NCBI GenBank assembly: GCA_964016885.1
Contig: OZ024742.1
Span: forward strand, 21,080,001 to 21,144,000
Source of the DNA: Eledone cirrhosa
Lineage: Eukaryota
Length of the DNA: 64,000 nucleotides
Direction: 5' to 3'
Shown here: positions 16,835-31,750 of the stretch, in pieces
How the letters are laid out: every line of letters begins with the position of its first letter
Position numbering within the stretch: the stretch's first letter is position 1
The notes under the pieces: model-generated
Databases searched by the model: none
Told to the model about the DNA's origin: nothing
Seen by the model: only the letters and a program-made list of their open reading frames with translations
Program-made: the position numbers and the translations under genes

Positions 16835-17112
16835 AGGAGGTTATAGTTCACTTGAAGCATTGTGTATTGAGGTATAAACGTGTGTATATGTATAATATAG
16901 CCAAAACAATGCAGGTATGGATATAGAATAAAGAATGCAAATGCAAAAGATATTGTTGCCAATTAGTCTTTTACCTTAGATTTATTTAAACGTCCTTAAT
17001 TTTCGAGATAATATCTCTTCTTCAGAGGGAAGGAAATTGTCAAACTAGTGTTCTAAATAGCTTGCCAAGTCATGCTGACAGGAAATGGTATAGAGTATCC
17101 GTTCTATCTCTA

Positions 17113-17391
<279 letters not shown>

Positions 17392-17401
17392 ATTTTATAT
17401 T

Positions 17402-17447
<46 letters not shown>

Positions 17448-17458
17448 CCCAGATACCC

Positions 17459-17509
17459 AGATTCCTGATGATTTCTAAAGAATGAAACAGTTCTAGTCCT
17501 GTAGAATCT
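17459..17509 (+). ncRNA. Type I hammerhead ribozyme (family H; also 59753-59803 - and 60221-60271 +)
   Basis: agattc-CTGATGA-tttc taaa gaat-GAAA-cag ttctagtc ctg-TA-gaatct. Confidence 0.75.
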
Positions 17510-17635
17510 CATCTATATTAAAACTATATACATATATATATACATATATGTATATATATATGTATACATATATACATATATATATACATATATATACATA
17601 TATATATACATATATATACATACATATATATACAT

Positions 17636-17696
<61 letters not shown>

Positions 17697-17701
17697 AATA
17701 C

Positions 17702-17732
<31 letters not shown>

Positions 17733-17790
17733 CATATATATACATATATATATATACATATATATACTTATATATATATATACTTATATA

Positions 17791-18110
17791 TGGTGGCTGC
17801 CAACTCGTTTTCGAGAACGGCCACTTCTTTATATCCATGTAGGAGAAAACCTACCGATGCGCTGAACGAGTGTGACATTTTAGTCCAGCCAGCGACTTGA
17901 AAACTCTGGTACAAACACTACACTTGTGACTATTATTGACACATAGTGCTGGGCCCATTATTGACCATGTGACGACAAGTGGAGAGAGATCTCCAGATAT
18001 AAAGCAATGCCTGTGCCGTGAAGCTTTTATAGTAACAAAAGGCACTGCACAAAGCCAGTCCCACTCTCTTAACCAAGATGATATTTACCAAAAAGAAGAA
18101 CAAGTCAACA
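17791..18110 (-). mobile_element. Non-autonomous RTE-like element, 3' part
   Basis: Matches 56098-56413 and encodes the C2H2-like remnant [22 protein letters not shown]. Confidence 0.8.
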
Positions 18111-18178
18111 TAAACTTATATATACATACATACATACATACATATACATATACATATATATATATATATACTTATATA

Positions 18179-18212
<34 letters not shown>

Positions 18213-18213
18213 C

Positions 18214-18276
<63 letters not shown>

Positions 18277-18277
18277 C

Positions 18278-18605
<328 letters not shown>

Positions 18606-18608
18606 GTG

Positions 18609-18713
<105 letters not shown>

Positions 18714-18714
18714 G

Positions 18715-18783
<69 letters not shown>

Positions 18784-18784
18784 G

Positions 18785-18815
<31 letters not shown>

Positions 18816-19185
18816 ATATAAGTATATATATATATATGTATATGTATATGTATGTATGTATGTATGTATGTATATATAAGGAAAAGAGTCAGAATACCGA
18901 TGGCAGAGCTCAAGCCGTTTCGACGGCTATTTCTGGACTAAATCAAATTGTTATCGTCGCGTTGATAAAGCCGAACTCTTCAAGGGTTAATTTCATATAT
19001 GGGTATGCGATAGTCAGCCATTTCAGAGGGATGTAGTTATCAAAAGGAGTGGTGGAAGTTCTTTGTAAACACAGTTAAATCTGTCATGACGGCGGATTTT
19101 CTTATCGTAGAATCTAGACACTTATGACCTTAGCAACCTGTGCCCTACAAGACCAGCAAGAGGCAGACCACCTTCCATTACCTCA

Positions 19186-20619
19186 ATGGCCAAGAAAACC
19201 CACACAGATAGATGGAACGGGTGGACCAGAGCCATACGGACACCCGAGAACCACGATGAACTGAAGAAAATGATTGCACATGCGGTAGGGGCCAGCATAA
19301 AATTAACCCTTAAGGAACATATGTTCAAATTTAATGGTAAAACATATGCCCAAGAGGAAGGAGCAGCCATTGGTGTTAGCATTGCAGGCGACATAGCTAA
19401 CTTATTCATGGTATGGTGGGACAGTAGACTTAAACAAAAACTTAATGAACAATTAGAAGACAGCTTAACCCTGATAATGTACTCCCGCTACGTAGATGAT
19501 ATAAACATCGTAGTTAAGACACCCCCACTAAAGAACAGTCAGGATCTAGAGAAAAACATAATGGAAAGCATCCAGCAAATAGCAAACTCCATCCACCAGA
19601 GCATTAGAGTTACTATAGACTACCCAAGTAGACACCCCAACCATCTATTACCTGTACTAGACACAGAGCTCTGGTTAGATACCATTAACAACCAAAAACA
19701 AATCCTCCATTCCCATTATGCCAAACCCATGACTTCCAAACATCTGATCCACCGAAACTCGGCCATTTCGGACCATACCAAAATCAACATACAAATTGCG
19801 GATTTGGTACGGGTGATGAGAAATGTGTCCCGCATGTGCAACCCCGAAGAACTAGAGAGACACATACAACACTTTATCCACCGTATGCAGTTCTCTGGCT
19901 ACAATCAGAGAGATAGAATCAGAGTGTATAAAGGAGCCAGAAACAAATGGGAAAAAATGGTAAATAATGACATAAATGGGACCTGCCCCTTGTATAGGAG
20001 CAAATTTTGGAATAGAATAGAAAGAACTAGGAACAAGGCCAATAGAATAAACTCATGGTATGATAGCAATAAATACCAGAGTGTAATGTTCATCAATACA
20101 ACCCCTAGAGGCAAACTAGCCTATAAATTTAGAAGGGCCCTAAATAAACATAATCTCAACATTAAGATAGTAGAAAGACCAGTTACCTCCGTAAAAACAC
20201 TTATTAGCAAGACATACCCGTTCCAAAGACCCTCATGTATAGATAAGAAATGTATAACCTGTAAAATAAGCCCCCATATTAACTGTAAAACTAGAAATGT
20301 AGTGTATAGCATAAGATGTACTGAAGGACAATGTAGAAACAAAAATATAGTGTACATAGGTGAGACAGCTCGTAGTATAGGGGAACGAACAAATGAACAC
20401 TGGCGAGACCTCCAAGATAATAAAGAATCATCTGTGCTCTACCAACATGCTAAGATAGAACACAGGGGTAGATTAGAGAGCATAGAAATAAAAATAGAAT
20501 CCACACACAGAAAAGACGCAACGTTTAGGCAAATTAGAGAGGCAGTAAGCATAAAAGAATTAAAACCAAAATTAAATAGAAAATATGAGTGGAACAGCAA
20601 CATCACAACTTACAATTAA
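19186..20619 (+). CDS. Penelope-like element family 1 ORF (RT + C-terminal GIY-YIG endonuclease), 5'-truncated
   Basis: GAAIGVSIAGDIAN, YSRYVDDI (RT catalytic motif), LPVLD, C..C..C..C linker, NVVYSIRC...YIGETAR...R..EH (GIY-YIG), REA...LN. The frame is open, but the N-terminal RT motifs are missing. Confidence 0.93.
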   Translation: MAKKTHTDRWNGWTRAIRTPENHDELKKMIAHAVGASIKLTLKEHMFKFNGKTYAQEEGAAIGVSIAGDIANLFMVWWDSRLKQKLNEQLEDSLTLIMYSRYVDDINIVVKTPPLKNSQDLEKNIMESIQQIANSIHQSIRVTIDYPSRHPNHLLPVLDTELWLDTINNQKQILHSHYAKPMTSKHLIHRNSAISDHTKINIQIADLVRVMRNVSRMCNPEELERHIQHFIHRMQFSGYNQRDRIRVYKGARNKWEKMVNNDINGTCPLYRSKFWNRIERTRNKANRINSWYDSNKYQSVMFINTTPRGKLAYKFRRALNKHNLNIKIVERPVTSVKTLISKTYPFQRPSCIDKKCITCKISPHINCKTRNVVYSIRCTEGQCRNKNIVYIGETARSIGERTNEHWRDLQDNKESSVLYQHAKIEHRGRLESIEIKIESTHRKDATFRQIREAVSIKELKPKLNRKYEWNSNITTYN

Positions 20620-21313
<694 letters not shown>

Positions 21314-21330
21314 ATATATATATATATATA

Positions 21331-21387
<57 letters not shown>

Positions 21388-21394
21388 ATGTATA

Positions 21395-22165
<771 letters not shown>

Positions 22166-22328
22166 ATATATATATATACATATAGTGAAAGAGTGAAGAA
22201 TGGCAAGGTAGGCTATACAAAAGGGTTTTATTTACAATATCAATAATTGTTTCATTGATCAGGTGAGTCTAAACTCGAAATTGCGTCACTTGACCTTAAA
22301 TATACATATATTATATATATATATATAA

Positions 22329-22412
<84 letters not shown>

Positions 22413-22804
22413 CGAGAATGTGACAAGTATAATGAAACTGTCACATGATATATGTAAATAAGCGATTGTAAGATTAGTTTAACAATCAGTATGACAAAAG
22501 CAACAGTATTTCAGCGATAAAGCCCAATGAACGCAATTATGTTAAGCCTGAAATCGGCTATAAACATGTTTCTGTCTTGTAGAAGTAATAACAAAATGAC
22601 GAATGAGAAAATCGAAGTAAATGTCCTATTGTGACTAACTACAAATGGTAGATCAATGAAACATGCATAAATTATCAAAAGATATCGTAAATTTGCAGAT
22701 TTCGTTTCAAAAAAATTAACTACAATGAACACAGTATTACTGCAATGTCGCTTCGTACTGAAACAAGGAGTTTTAATTGTAAAACACAGAGAAAATAATT
22801 GTTT

Positions 22805-23210
22805 CTTCGTTAGGCACAAGGCCAGCAATTAACCAGTGTATTACTGGTACTTTATTTTATCGACCCCGTAAGGATGAAAGGCAAAGTTAACCTCGGCGGG
22901 ATTTGAACTCAGAATGGCAAGGGCCGTAACTCTATGCGCCAAAGCATGGCATCCGACACTCTACCAATACTGCCAATCCACCGCCTTAGAGAGAAAATAA
23001 TAATAATCGTTTCTACTTTAGGAACATGGACAACCATATTAGGATAGTTGAAAGCCGATTAAATCGTCCCCAATGCATTACTGGAACTTTATTTTATCGA
23101 CTCGGTAAGGATGAAAGGCAGAGGAAATCTCGGTGAGATTTGAACTCAGACCGTAAAGGTCCATAACTCTATGCCGCTAAGCATGTTGTTTGACAATCTA
23201 CCGATTAGTG
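22805..23210 (-). mobile_element. Two tandem tRNA-derived SINEs (Meta/MESC-like core)
   Basis: Minus strand has ggcggtggattggcag (A-box-like), gagttcaaatccc (B-box-like) and the core tttgcctttcatccttacggggtcgataaaataaagtaccagt. Confidence 0.75.
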
Positions 23211-23284
23211 CTGCGAAAATAATAAAAATAATAAGAAAAATAATATCAGAAATTGATACAAACTGACCTTGCTCACCTAGACTT

Positions 23285-23620
23285 CTCTAAGACAATGACA
23301 CTGGATCGTGACTTTTAGCGCCATGCAGTTGTACAGAAGACCCGACTATCATTGCATACAAACCTATAGTCAGTAAGCACCTGTTAACTCTATGTACACC
23401 CCACCGGCACACCCTACCCCATCCTCCCTCTCGCGTTCCGTCCCCTGTGTCGATGACACAACAGTCCACATTGTCAGGTGGCCATGTAGGAAACACGGTG
23501 AAAAGGCTCCCAGTCCACACTATAAATGTGGTTGGTGTTAGGAAGGGCATCCAGCTGTTAACAAAACCTGCCAGAGACGCTTCCGTGCGAGCGAGACATG
23601 GTCTGCCAACCATTGACACA
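23285..23620 (+). repeat. Decayed interspersed repeat of RTE-associated type
   Basis: The motif gtggttggtgttaggaagggcatccagc is recalled as a common octopus RTE-associated repeat. This is not verified. Confidence 0.4.
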
Positions 23621-24379
23621 TCAAATGGAACAAAACCGTCTAACCCAAAGGTTCTCAACCCATTTCGGCCAAACACTTTTTGCCCCTCGAAATCACGAAA
23701 CGCCCCTCTATCCTATTTTTCCATTTTTCAAATCACTATTGATTTTGATGTCAGTAGATTACTGGGCCAAATCAAGTTACGTTAGAATCTTTAAAACAAT
23801 CTTTATAAAATACTCGTACGAATTAAACGCAAAAAAATTTCAGTCCAAAACAAAAGCAAGCTATTTCAAATTATATATTTTTTTAAAATAGACGTGAATG
23901 TTCTCAAAGATTTGATCTCAGTCGAACATTTTTTTTTTTTAAATTCTATATTTCACTGTTAGCTGTTGTAATATTTTGAGTGGATAGACAATTCTACAAT
24001 TCAAACTGTAAAGTCAAAATACAAAAGATGCAAAATATGAAGAATTTCTTACCTTTTTCTTGAATCACAAACTCAAGGGAAAAATAGTACCTTGCAAAAT
24101 AAAGTGCCTCGATCACAAACTTAGTTGCAACGAATGACTTGAGATGCTTATGACAGTGAGCAAACAATATCTATATCCCTTATAAATACATAGATAGATA
24201 CACACACACATATACACTCGCACGCGCACACTAACACACACAAAGAAACTTGTGTGTGTGTCTGTGTTTGCCTTGTTTTTAGTACAGAAAGAAATATTGT
24301 CTCCAGTTTTTGGTCAAATTTTGACCAGTTTTTGGTCAAAGGCCACCACGCTTTTCAACAACGTCAAATAACAACGCCA

Positions 24380-25790
24380 TATATATGGTAGCACGCATCA
24401 TCCATCAAGCTATATATGGTGGTGTCATACCCAAAGACTGGTGCAGCAGTATTCTTATAAATTGCTACAAAGGTAAAGGGGATGCTCTGGAAAGGAGCAA
24501 TTATAGGGGCATAAAGCTGATGGATCAGGTTATGAAATTGGCAGAGAGATTATTAGCGCAACTGATTAGAGAAAGGGTCAAATAAGATGAGATGAAGTTT
24601 GGTTTTGTGCTTCCGAAAAGTACAACAGATGCTCTCTTCTTAGTGAGGCAATTACAAGAGAGGTTCTTAGAGAAGAATAAGCCACTATACTTTTGTTGAC
24701 CTAGAGAAGGCTCTTGATAGGTACCCCGATCTGTCATCTGGTGGTCCCTAAGGAAACTAGGTGTAGAGGAATGGCTTGTGAGGACAGTGCAAGCTATGTA
24801 CAGGAGTCCTATCAGTAAAGTGAGAGTAGGAATGGAGTTTAGTGAGGAATTCCAGATACAAGTAGTGTACATCAGGGTTCGGTCCCCAGCCCGCTCTTGT
24901 TCATTATAGTGATCCAAGCCATAACAGAGGAGTTTAAGACTGGATGCCCATGGGAAATTCCCTATGCTGATGATCTGCTTCTAAAAGCAACATCAGTAGA
25001 GGAGCTAGAGAATAAATTCTGGCTATGGAAACAGCAGTTGGAATCAAGAGGACTGAGAGTGAACATAGCTAAGACAAAAATGTTGATAAGTAGAAGAGAG
25101 GACAATAGAGAGGCAAACTAACAAGTAGGGAAAACTGCGTATGCAGTAGATGTAGAGGGAAAGTTGGCAGTAATAAGCGTAGTGATAGACACATTTTTCA
25201 AATGGAGGTGGGTTCTATAGAAGTGGTTGATAGCATGGGATGGGAAGGGGTGTTCCGGGACCATAATATCTAGAATAAGGACGGATTGGAAGAAGTATAG
25301 GCAGCTGCTTCCTCTGTTGACGAAGGCTGGTTATATGATGCCTGTGTGAGAGGCGCGCTGCTGCATGGTAGTGAGCCATGGGCAGCAACTGCAGAGGATA
25401 AGCGACAGCTGGAGAGAAATGAAGCAAGCATGCTCCGTTGGATGTGCAATGTCAATGAGCTTAATGACTAAGCATAGACGAGTTAAGAAAGAAACTGGGT
25501 ATAAGAGGGATAAGTTGTGGTGTGCAGGAGAGAAGACTGACATGGTATGGACATGTGATGCGCATGGCGGATGACCGCTGGGTAAAGAAGTGCCAAGAAA
25601 TCTCAGTAGAAGGAAGACGCAGTAAAGGTAGACCACGAAAAACATGGACGGAGGTGGTGAGAGCAGACCTGAGATCGCTGAAACTCACGGAGGAGATGAC
25701 GAAGAACCGTGACAAGTGGACATGGAATAGGAGCCGTCCAACCCTTGCAAGCAGGGAAAAGCGGAATTAAAATGATGGTGATGATGATAT
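24380..25790 (+). mobile_element. Decayed RTE-clade LINE (RT and 3' end)
   Basis: IPKDW..YKGKGDALERSNYRGIKL, YADD, GLRVNIAKTK, QERRLTWYGHVMRM..KGRPRKTW. Many stops and frameshifts, with a (GAT)n-like tail. Confidence 0.88.
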
Positions 25791-25846
25791 ATGTATATAT
25801 ATATATATATATAAATATATATATATAGAGAGAGAGAGCGAGAGAG

Positions 25847-25921
<75 letters not shown>

Positions 25922-25949
25922 AATGTGTGTGTGTGTGTGTGTTTGGTAC

Positions 25950-28600
25950 AAGGCTGCGCTGTCAGGAGCAAAATACGTGCTCTGGGAAACGAGGAAGCCA
26001 AAGCTGTTAGCTGGGCCCGAGTGACAGAGGCGAAAAGTGGCAACAAGTCCACAATTCGGTCTTTGAAGAACCAAGACGGACGCGTGTAACGTGAGCCGAA
26101 GCAGATGTTTGCGGCCTTTCAGCGGCACTTTGCTCAACTGTTTGGGCAGGGCGGCGCGCCGGGAGGGGCTATGGATTTCAGTCCATACCTCGACGGCCTG
26201 CCGCGACTCTCGGACAGCGAGGCGATTTCGGCCGCTGAGATAGGGGACGCGCTGAGACAATGGGTCAAACGCAAATCTCCAGGTCTCGACGGTCTACCCT
26301 ACGAATTTTACGTAGCAATGCCGGACTTGTTCTCCGGTCTCCTGGAAGCGGTCTACTGCAACTGGCAGCAGAACAGGAGAATTCCCACTCTGTGACCAAG
26401 GGAGTAGTTACGTTAGTCAGGAAGGACGAGAATAAGGGGGATGACATAGGCAACTTCCGGACCATAAGTCTGCTAAACACAGAGTTACAGATTTTGACCA
26501 AGGTGTTGGCAAAGAGGCTGTCGCTTGTCGTCGAAAACTGGTGGGAGAAGCGCAGACATGTGCAATCCCGACCAGGTCGATACACGACAACCTACACCTC
26601 ATGCGATACATCATAGAGAAGGTAGGGTGTAAACCCGGCTTCGAATCAAGGGTTGACCATCGTTGCCTAGATGCGGTGCTCGAGGCGGCAGGCTTCGGAC
26701 CCGTGTTCAGGGCTGGATTGCTGCAATGCCCAGCAGCAACATCTGATCAAGGGTCAAGGTGAACAGCTACCTCTCGCAGCCGTTCCATATCACGCGATCC
26801 ATCCGACAGGGATGCCCTCTCTCTTTCCTTCTGTACGTACTGACTCTCAAGGCACTACTGCGGGAGTTGGAGCTATTGCAGAGCATCCCATTGGAACCGG
26901 GACTGCGAAAAACGGCGTCGGCCTACGTCGACGACTTGACAGTAATGGTGTCGAGCACCTCGCAAATCCGGGAGGTCGGCACCTTACTGGAGGAATACGA
27001 AAGGTTCACAGGAGCGAAGCTGAACCGGGTGAAATCCGTCGGTTTGCAACTCGGAACGTGGAGAGGCAAACCGATGCCTTCCGATGGCGTCGTCGGACGC
27101 TGGACGGAAGGACCGATAAAGCTGCTCATGGTCTAGTTTGGTCCGGATCTCCAGGTGGAGAAGAACTGGAATGAGGTGATGGCCAAGGTGTTTGCGCTCA
27201 CCCAGAAGTGGGCCGAGTGCAAACTATCCTTGAAAGGTCGAGCGGAGGTGGTGAACCAATTTTATAGCGTCTGTCATATACTACCGCTTGACCGTCGTGC
27301 CTTGTCCAAACAAAACGCTCACCAAAATGGAGCGCGCGTTCTTCCAATTCCTTTGGATGAAACGGGATCCTTTGGTGAGAAGATCCATCTGCTGCCAACA
27401 CTCTTTCAACGGAGGGCTGGGGATGCCGTAGCTAACGATGCGCAAACACGCGCTCAGGCTGCGGCACCTCCACGTATTCTTCACCTGACAACCGGTGTGG
27501 GCCCCGTTGTGAGGCGAGCCCTCCCACGACTCGTCTCGCTGACCGAGCTGCAATCCTGGGTCAAGCAAAGACCGAGGAAAATGGGTGATTGGCACATCGA
27601 ATGTGCTGAGGCGCTCACAGTCCTCTGGAAAACGGACCCGGCAATCAGTGGCGATCTACTTCGTCATTATATAGAGGGTTCGTCTGCAGCAAGTGCGACG
27701 ACGCGCTTGGAGAAACTCTAGGCGTACAGGAGGACGAACTGGCCAGTCTGTTCGGTAGGACCTTCCACCCGGGACCAATGGACAACTTCCAAAAGTCCCT
27801 GGCCTGGCAGTGCTACCGAGGAGCTCTACCAGTTTGAGACAAGCTCTACAGACACGGGCCCCCCGGGCAGGGCCCCTTCGAAAAAGATCTGTCCGAGATG
27901 CGTGCGCGACGAGGAAACCGTCGCACACGAATTTGTACACTGCTCGGGCATTACCGACCTGTGGGGTTATGTAGAACGACTATTGTCGCGGGTAGGACCA
28001 ATCCAGTTGACCACCGAGTCCATTGTCATGATCAAACCGCCACCCTTCTTCGAACATGAAGCAGAGGCGGTTTTCCTATGTGTTATGGCCATGGTGAAAG
28101 AGGTTATATGGTGGACGAGGTTAAAAGGGCTGATGTCAGACACCTTTCTCTCCGGCGAACAACTGATTCGTTTTTTGAAATATCATTTTGGAAGAAGAAT
28201 CAGGATGGAGAGAGAGGTGCTGTACCCCAGCAAATTTTATAAAAGGTGGGTGAATATGGAAAATATGGCCCAAGTGGTTGGGCCTTCTCTCTATATAATC
28301 CTGTAGGTTTAGGAAAAAGAGGAAGAGAGGAAGGGAGTACTCGTTCCTGGTGCTCCTGGATATGAGGGTTGTACATTTTTTTCGGTGTGTGTACAATCCC
28401 TGTGTAACGCCTCCCCCTACTGGGGATTTCAATTGTTATTTGTTATTTATTTGTTATTTGTTATTTGTTATTTATTTATTTATTTGTTATTTGTTATTTA
28501 TTAATAGTTTTATTTTCATATACCTGTATGTAAACTCCCCATTTATATTTGTCCCCTTCTTTTGTGCCCTTGTGGCTAATAAAGAAATTTATCTATCTCT
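25950..28600 (+). pseudogene. 5'-truncated, frameshifted copy of the Tx1-like LINE ORF2 and 3' UTR
   Basis: Colinear with 40812-43490 (KSPGLDGLPYE, SIRQGCPLS, YVDD). It ends aataaagaaatttatctatct. Confidence 0.92.
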
Positions 28601-28604
28601 CCAA

Positions 28605-28999
28605 CAGTGGGCTCAAACATGCGGCCCGCGAACTACTTTTCTATGGTCCGTAGTAGAACCAATGTTAGATTCCATTATAACTGGTGAAAATAAGGTGGTG
28701 AGCTGGTGGAATCGTTAGCAGTTAGCACATCTGGCGAAATGCCATTTTTACGTTCCGAGTTCAAATGCCGCCGATCTCAACTTTGCCTTTCGTTCTTTTG
28801 GGGTCGATAAATTAAGTACCAGTTGTGAACTGGGATCGATGTATTCGACGGAACGCTAAACCCTAAATTTGATGCCTTGTTCCTATAGTAGAGATGATTA
28901 TAACTGGTGAAAATCATCACCCACAACTACGTTTGGCCCATTGTGCCTCTCCTCCAGGAGGTAATGGCCCTTTTATGTCCTTGAGTTTGAGACCCTCTG
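28605..28999. mobile_element. hAT-type MITE interrupted by a SINE
   Basis: Imperfect TIRs CAGTGGGCTCAAAC / GTTTGAGACCCTCTG, with a subterminal tgcggcccgcg motif. Confidence 0.55.
28692..28896 (+). mobile_element. tRNA-derived SINE with an 18-bp TSD
   Basis: aggtggtgagctgg..gagttcaaatgccg..tttgcctttc..ggggtcgataaattaagtaccag. ATTATAACTGGTGAAAAT occurs at 28674-28691 and 28897-28914. Confidence 0.85.
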
Positions 29000-29013
29000 C
29001 TACACCCCCCCCC

Positions 29014-29049
<36 letters not shown>

Positions 29050-29139
29050 CACTTTACTTCTTTTCTGTCTCTGAACTACACCCATGCTGGAGCATCACCT
29101 TGGTAAGTTATGGGGACGTCAACAAACCAACTAGCATTG

Positions 29140-29310
29140 GTGGGAGGGCAAACACAAACGCAGAGACACAGACAGACATATATATATACATATATACGAC
29201 TCGCTTCTTTTAGTTTCGGTCTATCAAATCCACTCACAGGGCTTTGGTCGGACCGGGGAGTGGGACTGAACTCGGACACATGTGGTCGGGAAGGAAGCCT
29301 CTTGTCACAC
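29140..29310 (-). mobile_element. Decayed SINE of a second type
   Basis: tctatcaaatccactcacagggctttggtcggaccgggg and a gggactgaactc B-box-like end resemble octopus SINEs as recalled. Confidence 0.5.
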
Positions 29311-29328
29311 TCTTTGTCATATATATAT

Positions 29329-29403
<75 letters not shown>

Positions 29404-29827
29404 GTATCAAATTAACAATGAAAATAAAAAGAACAAAGTGACAGTACTTTATAACTTTGTTTTTATTTTGTTTTAATTTATCTTTATTGTTAATTTAATA
29501 CCTAATATCTCACTTTGTATCTAAAGAATTAATTCAGCGAAACACAGATCTTCTCCATGGATTTTACAAGATTGCATTGAGTCCTATCTACGGTACGGAT
29601 CGTACCACCAGGGGTAGACAAGACTGACAAAAGAATATATATATGTGTCTGTGTGTATAATATATATATATATATATATCAAGTAAGAATATTTTCGAAA
29701 CAGCGAGTGGGTTGTGAAATTATTAGAAATGTAAGCTATCGCCGTATTTTGACTAAAGAAATTAAAGAAATGTTTTAGCCTGATAGTGGGGTTAAGAACC
29801 CTCGGAGAAATGGAAAAAGATGAGTAT

Positions 29828-29899
29828 TGACGTATATGGGAGTCGAACCCACATCTTTGGTTATCCGGACCACTGTGCTACCATTTACACCAACACATC
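29828..29899 (-). tRNA. tRNA-like cloverleaf (probable pseudogene or mobile-element head) inside an inverted-repeat element (29719-30031)
   Basis: Acceptor GATGTGT/ATACGTC+A, D arm GTGT/GCAC, anticodon arm TGGT/ACCA with the non-canonical loop CCGGATA, T arm GTGGG-TTCGACT-CCCAT, then a T5 run downstream. Confidence 0.6.
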
Positions 29900-30025
29900 A
29901 CCCATTTCTTTCCATTCAAATTAGAAGCTATAAACTCCCATGTACGTCAATACTCATCTTTTTCCATTTCTCCGAGGGTTCTAAATATTTTCTTTAGTCA
30001 AAATACGGCGATAGGTTACATTTCT

Positions 30026-30080
<55 letters not shown>

Positions 30081-31119
30081 TTTTGAGTTTATGTTGGTTG
30101 TATACCAACACCTCAGTATGCAGGCTGGAGCACTCGACGAAGTGCGCAGGTTGGTTTGGTTACTCCGGAGTAGTGTAAAATAAAGTTAAATAAAAGTCAA
30201 ATGATTAAAATATATATATATAAATTATTAAAAAAATAATGAATAAACAAAGAAACAATTCCTTATATTAACAAAATTCATCATTTTACGATCGTTTCTA
30301 GGATATATATATATATATATATATAATATATATATATATTATATATATATATATAAATATATATATAAATCTACATACATAGATATATACATACATACAT
30401 TTACCTATGTATATAGCTATGGATTTATACATTTGTATATATACATGCATTTATATTTAAGTGTGTAAGGATGTTGCCATGATTTATGTTTTTGGTAAGG
30501 AGAGAATTTTTGTCTCCAGATTTTATTACCTACGGAGATTAAATACCACAGCTCTGGCTGAAGGTTGACCAGGTTCTCAACCTCATCAAACACCAACGCC
30601 GGCCTGTGTGTGTATGTATGTATGTATGTATGTATGTATGTATGTATGTATGTATGTATGTATGTATGTATGTATGTATGTATGTATGTAGGTAGTAGGT
30701 ATGCATGTGTGTGTATGATTGTATGTATGTACATCTTTCATCGACATTGCTTGTTTTTCTTGTCGTTTCTGTTGCTCTTGTAACTGTTGTAACTGTTCCT
30801 TATTTTCATTTTCTTTGATTCCTTTCATTTTTCTTTTATCTCCCTAGGGAATTCGTTGACAAGCTTCTTTTATTTATTTTCTTTGTTTTCTTCGTTCAAA
30901 TGCATTCACACTAGCTATCTCAGAGACGTACAAATATGGCTTACTTACCTAAGTAAATGGCCTTTCAGCCCCCCCCCCCCCACACACACACTAGCCCCCC
31001 AAGGCTTCAAATGCCCCCTAACGCCCCCTTGCTCCAAAACGCCACCCTGGAGCCCGACCGCCCCCCACTCGAGGGGGTGGGGGTGTTTCGGGTCTCCAGG
31101 GTGCCCCCCGTTGAGAACA

Positions 31120-31203
31120 TTTGGTCTAACCCATGTAGGCGTGGAAGATGGACGTTAAACGATGATGATGATGATGGTGGACGTTAAACGATGACGATGA
31201 TGA
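31120..31203 (+). repeat. RTE-type 3' tail remnant
   Basis: ggacgttaaacgatgatgatg occurs twice. Confidence 0.5.
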
Positions 31204-31610
31204 AGTACCGAACTAGAAAATGTGACTAGGTTACGAAAACACGAACAATGATACGAAACAATTAACGAACTGTAAACATAATATTGAAAATTTAAACTTT
31301 CAAAATACTAACAATATACCCAAAATCGCTAACGTAAACAGCAAGGGGCAACAATCCGTAACCCTAAGAGACGTAGAGAATACTGACCAACAATACCCGG
31401 TGCAGGACACCACAGAAATGATTACAAATGACTGGAAATCACTTCTAAATCTGCACATAGATTCACAAACGAAAAAGTCATGAAATTTGCTCCAATATGA
31501 CACTAGATAAAGAGACTAGAGACCGTTCCTAGCGCCTCAATGATGACTGGTAGGACCTCTCTCTATATGGGGATCAGTGCTAATACCAGCTGTAAGGTCT
31601 GTATATTTAT

Positions 31611-31750
31611 GAAGAAGAAGAAGAAGAAGAAGAAGAAGAAGAAGAAGAAGAAGAAGAAGAAGAAGAAGAAGAAGAAGAAGAAGAAGAAGAAGAAGAAGAA
31701 GAAGAAGAAGAAGAAGAAGAAGAAGAAGAAGAAGAAGAAGAAGAAGAAGA
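31611..31750. repeat. (GAA)n microsatellite
   Basis: Pure GAA tract of about 140 bp. Confidence 0.98.

Noticed and set aside
19122-19409. Antisense ORFs overlapping PLE and LINE coding regions (also 40561-40917 and 41842-42177)
   Set aside because: They are shadow frames of the real ORFs with no independent motifs.
30275-30303. GAAA-cgatcg-TA half motif on the minus strand (a similar half motif lies at about 22235-22255)
   Set aside because: Only the 3' half of a hammerhead core is present, so it cannot be called.
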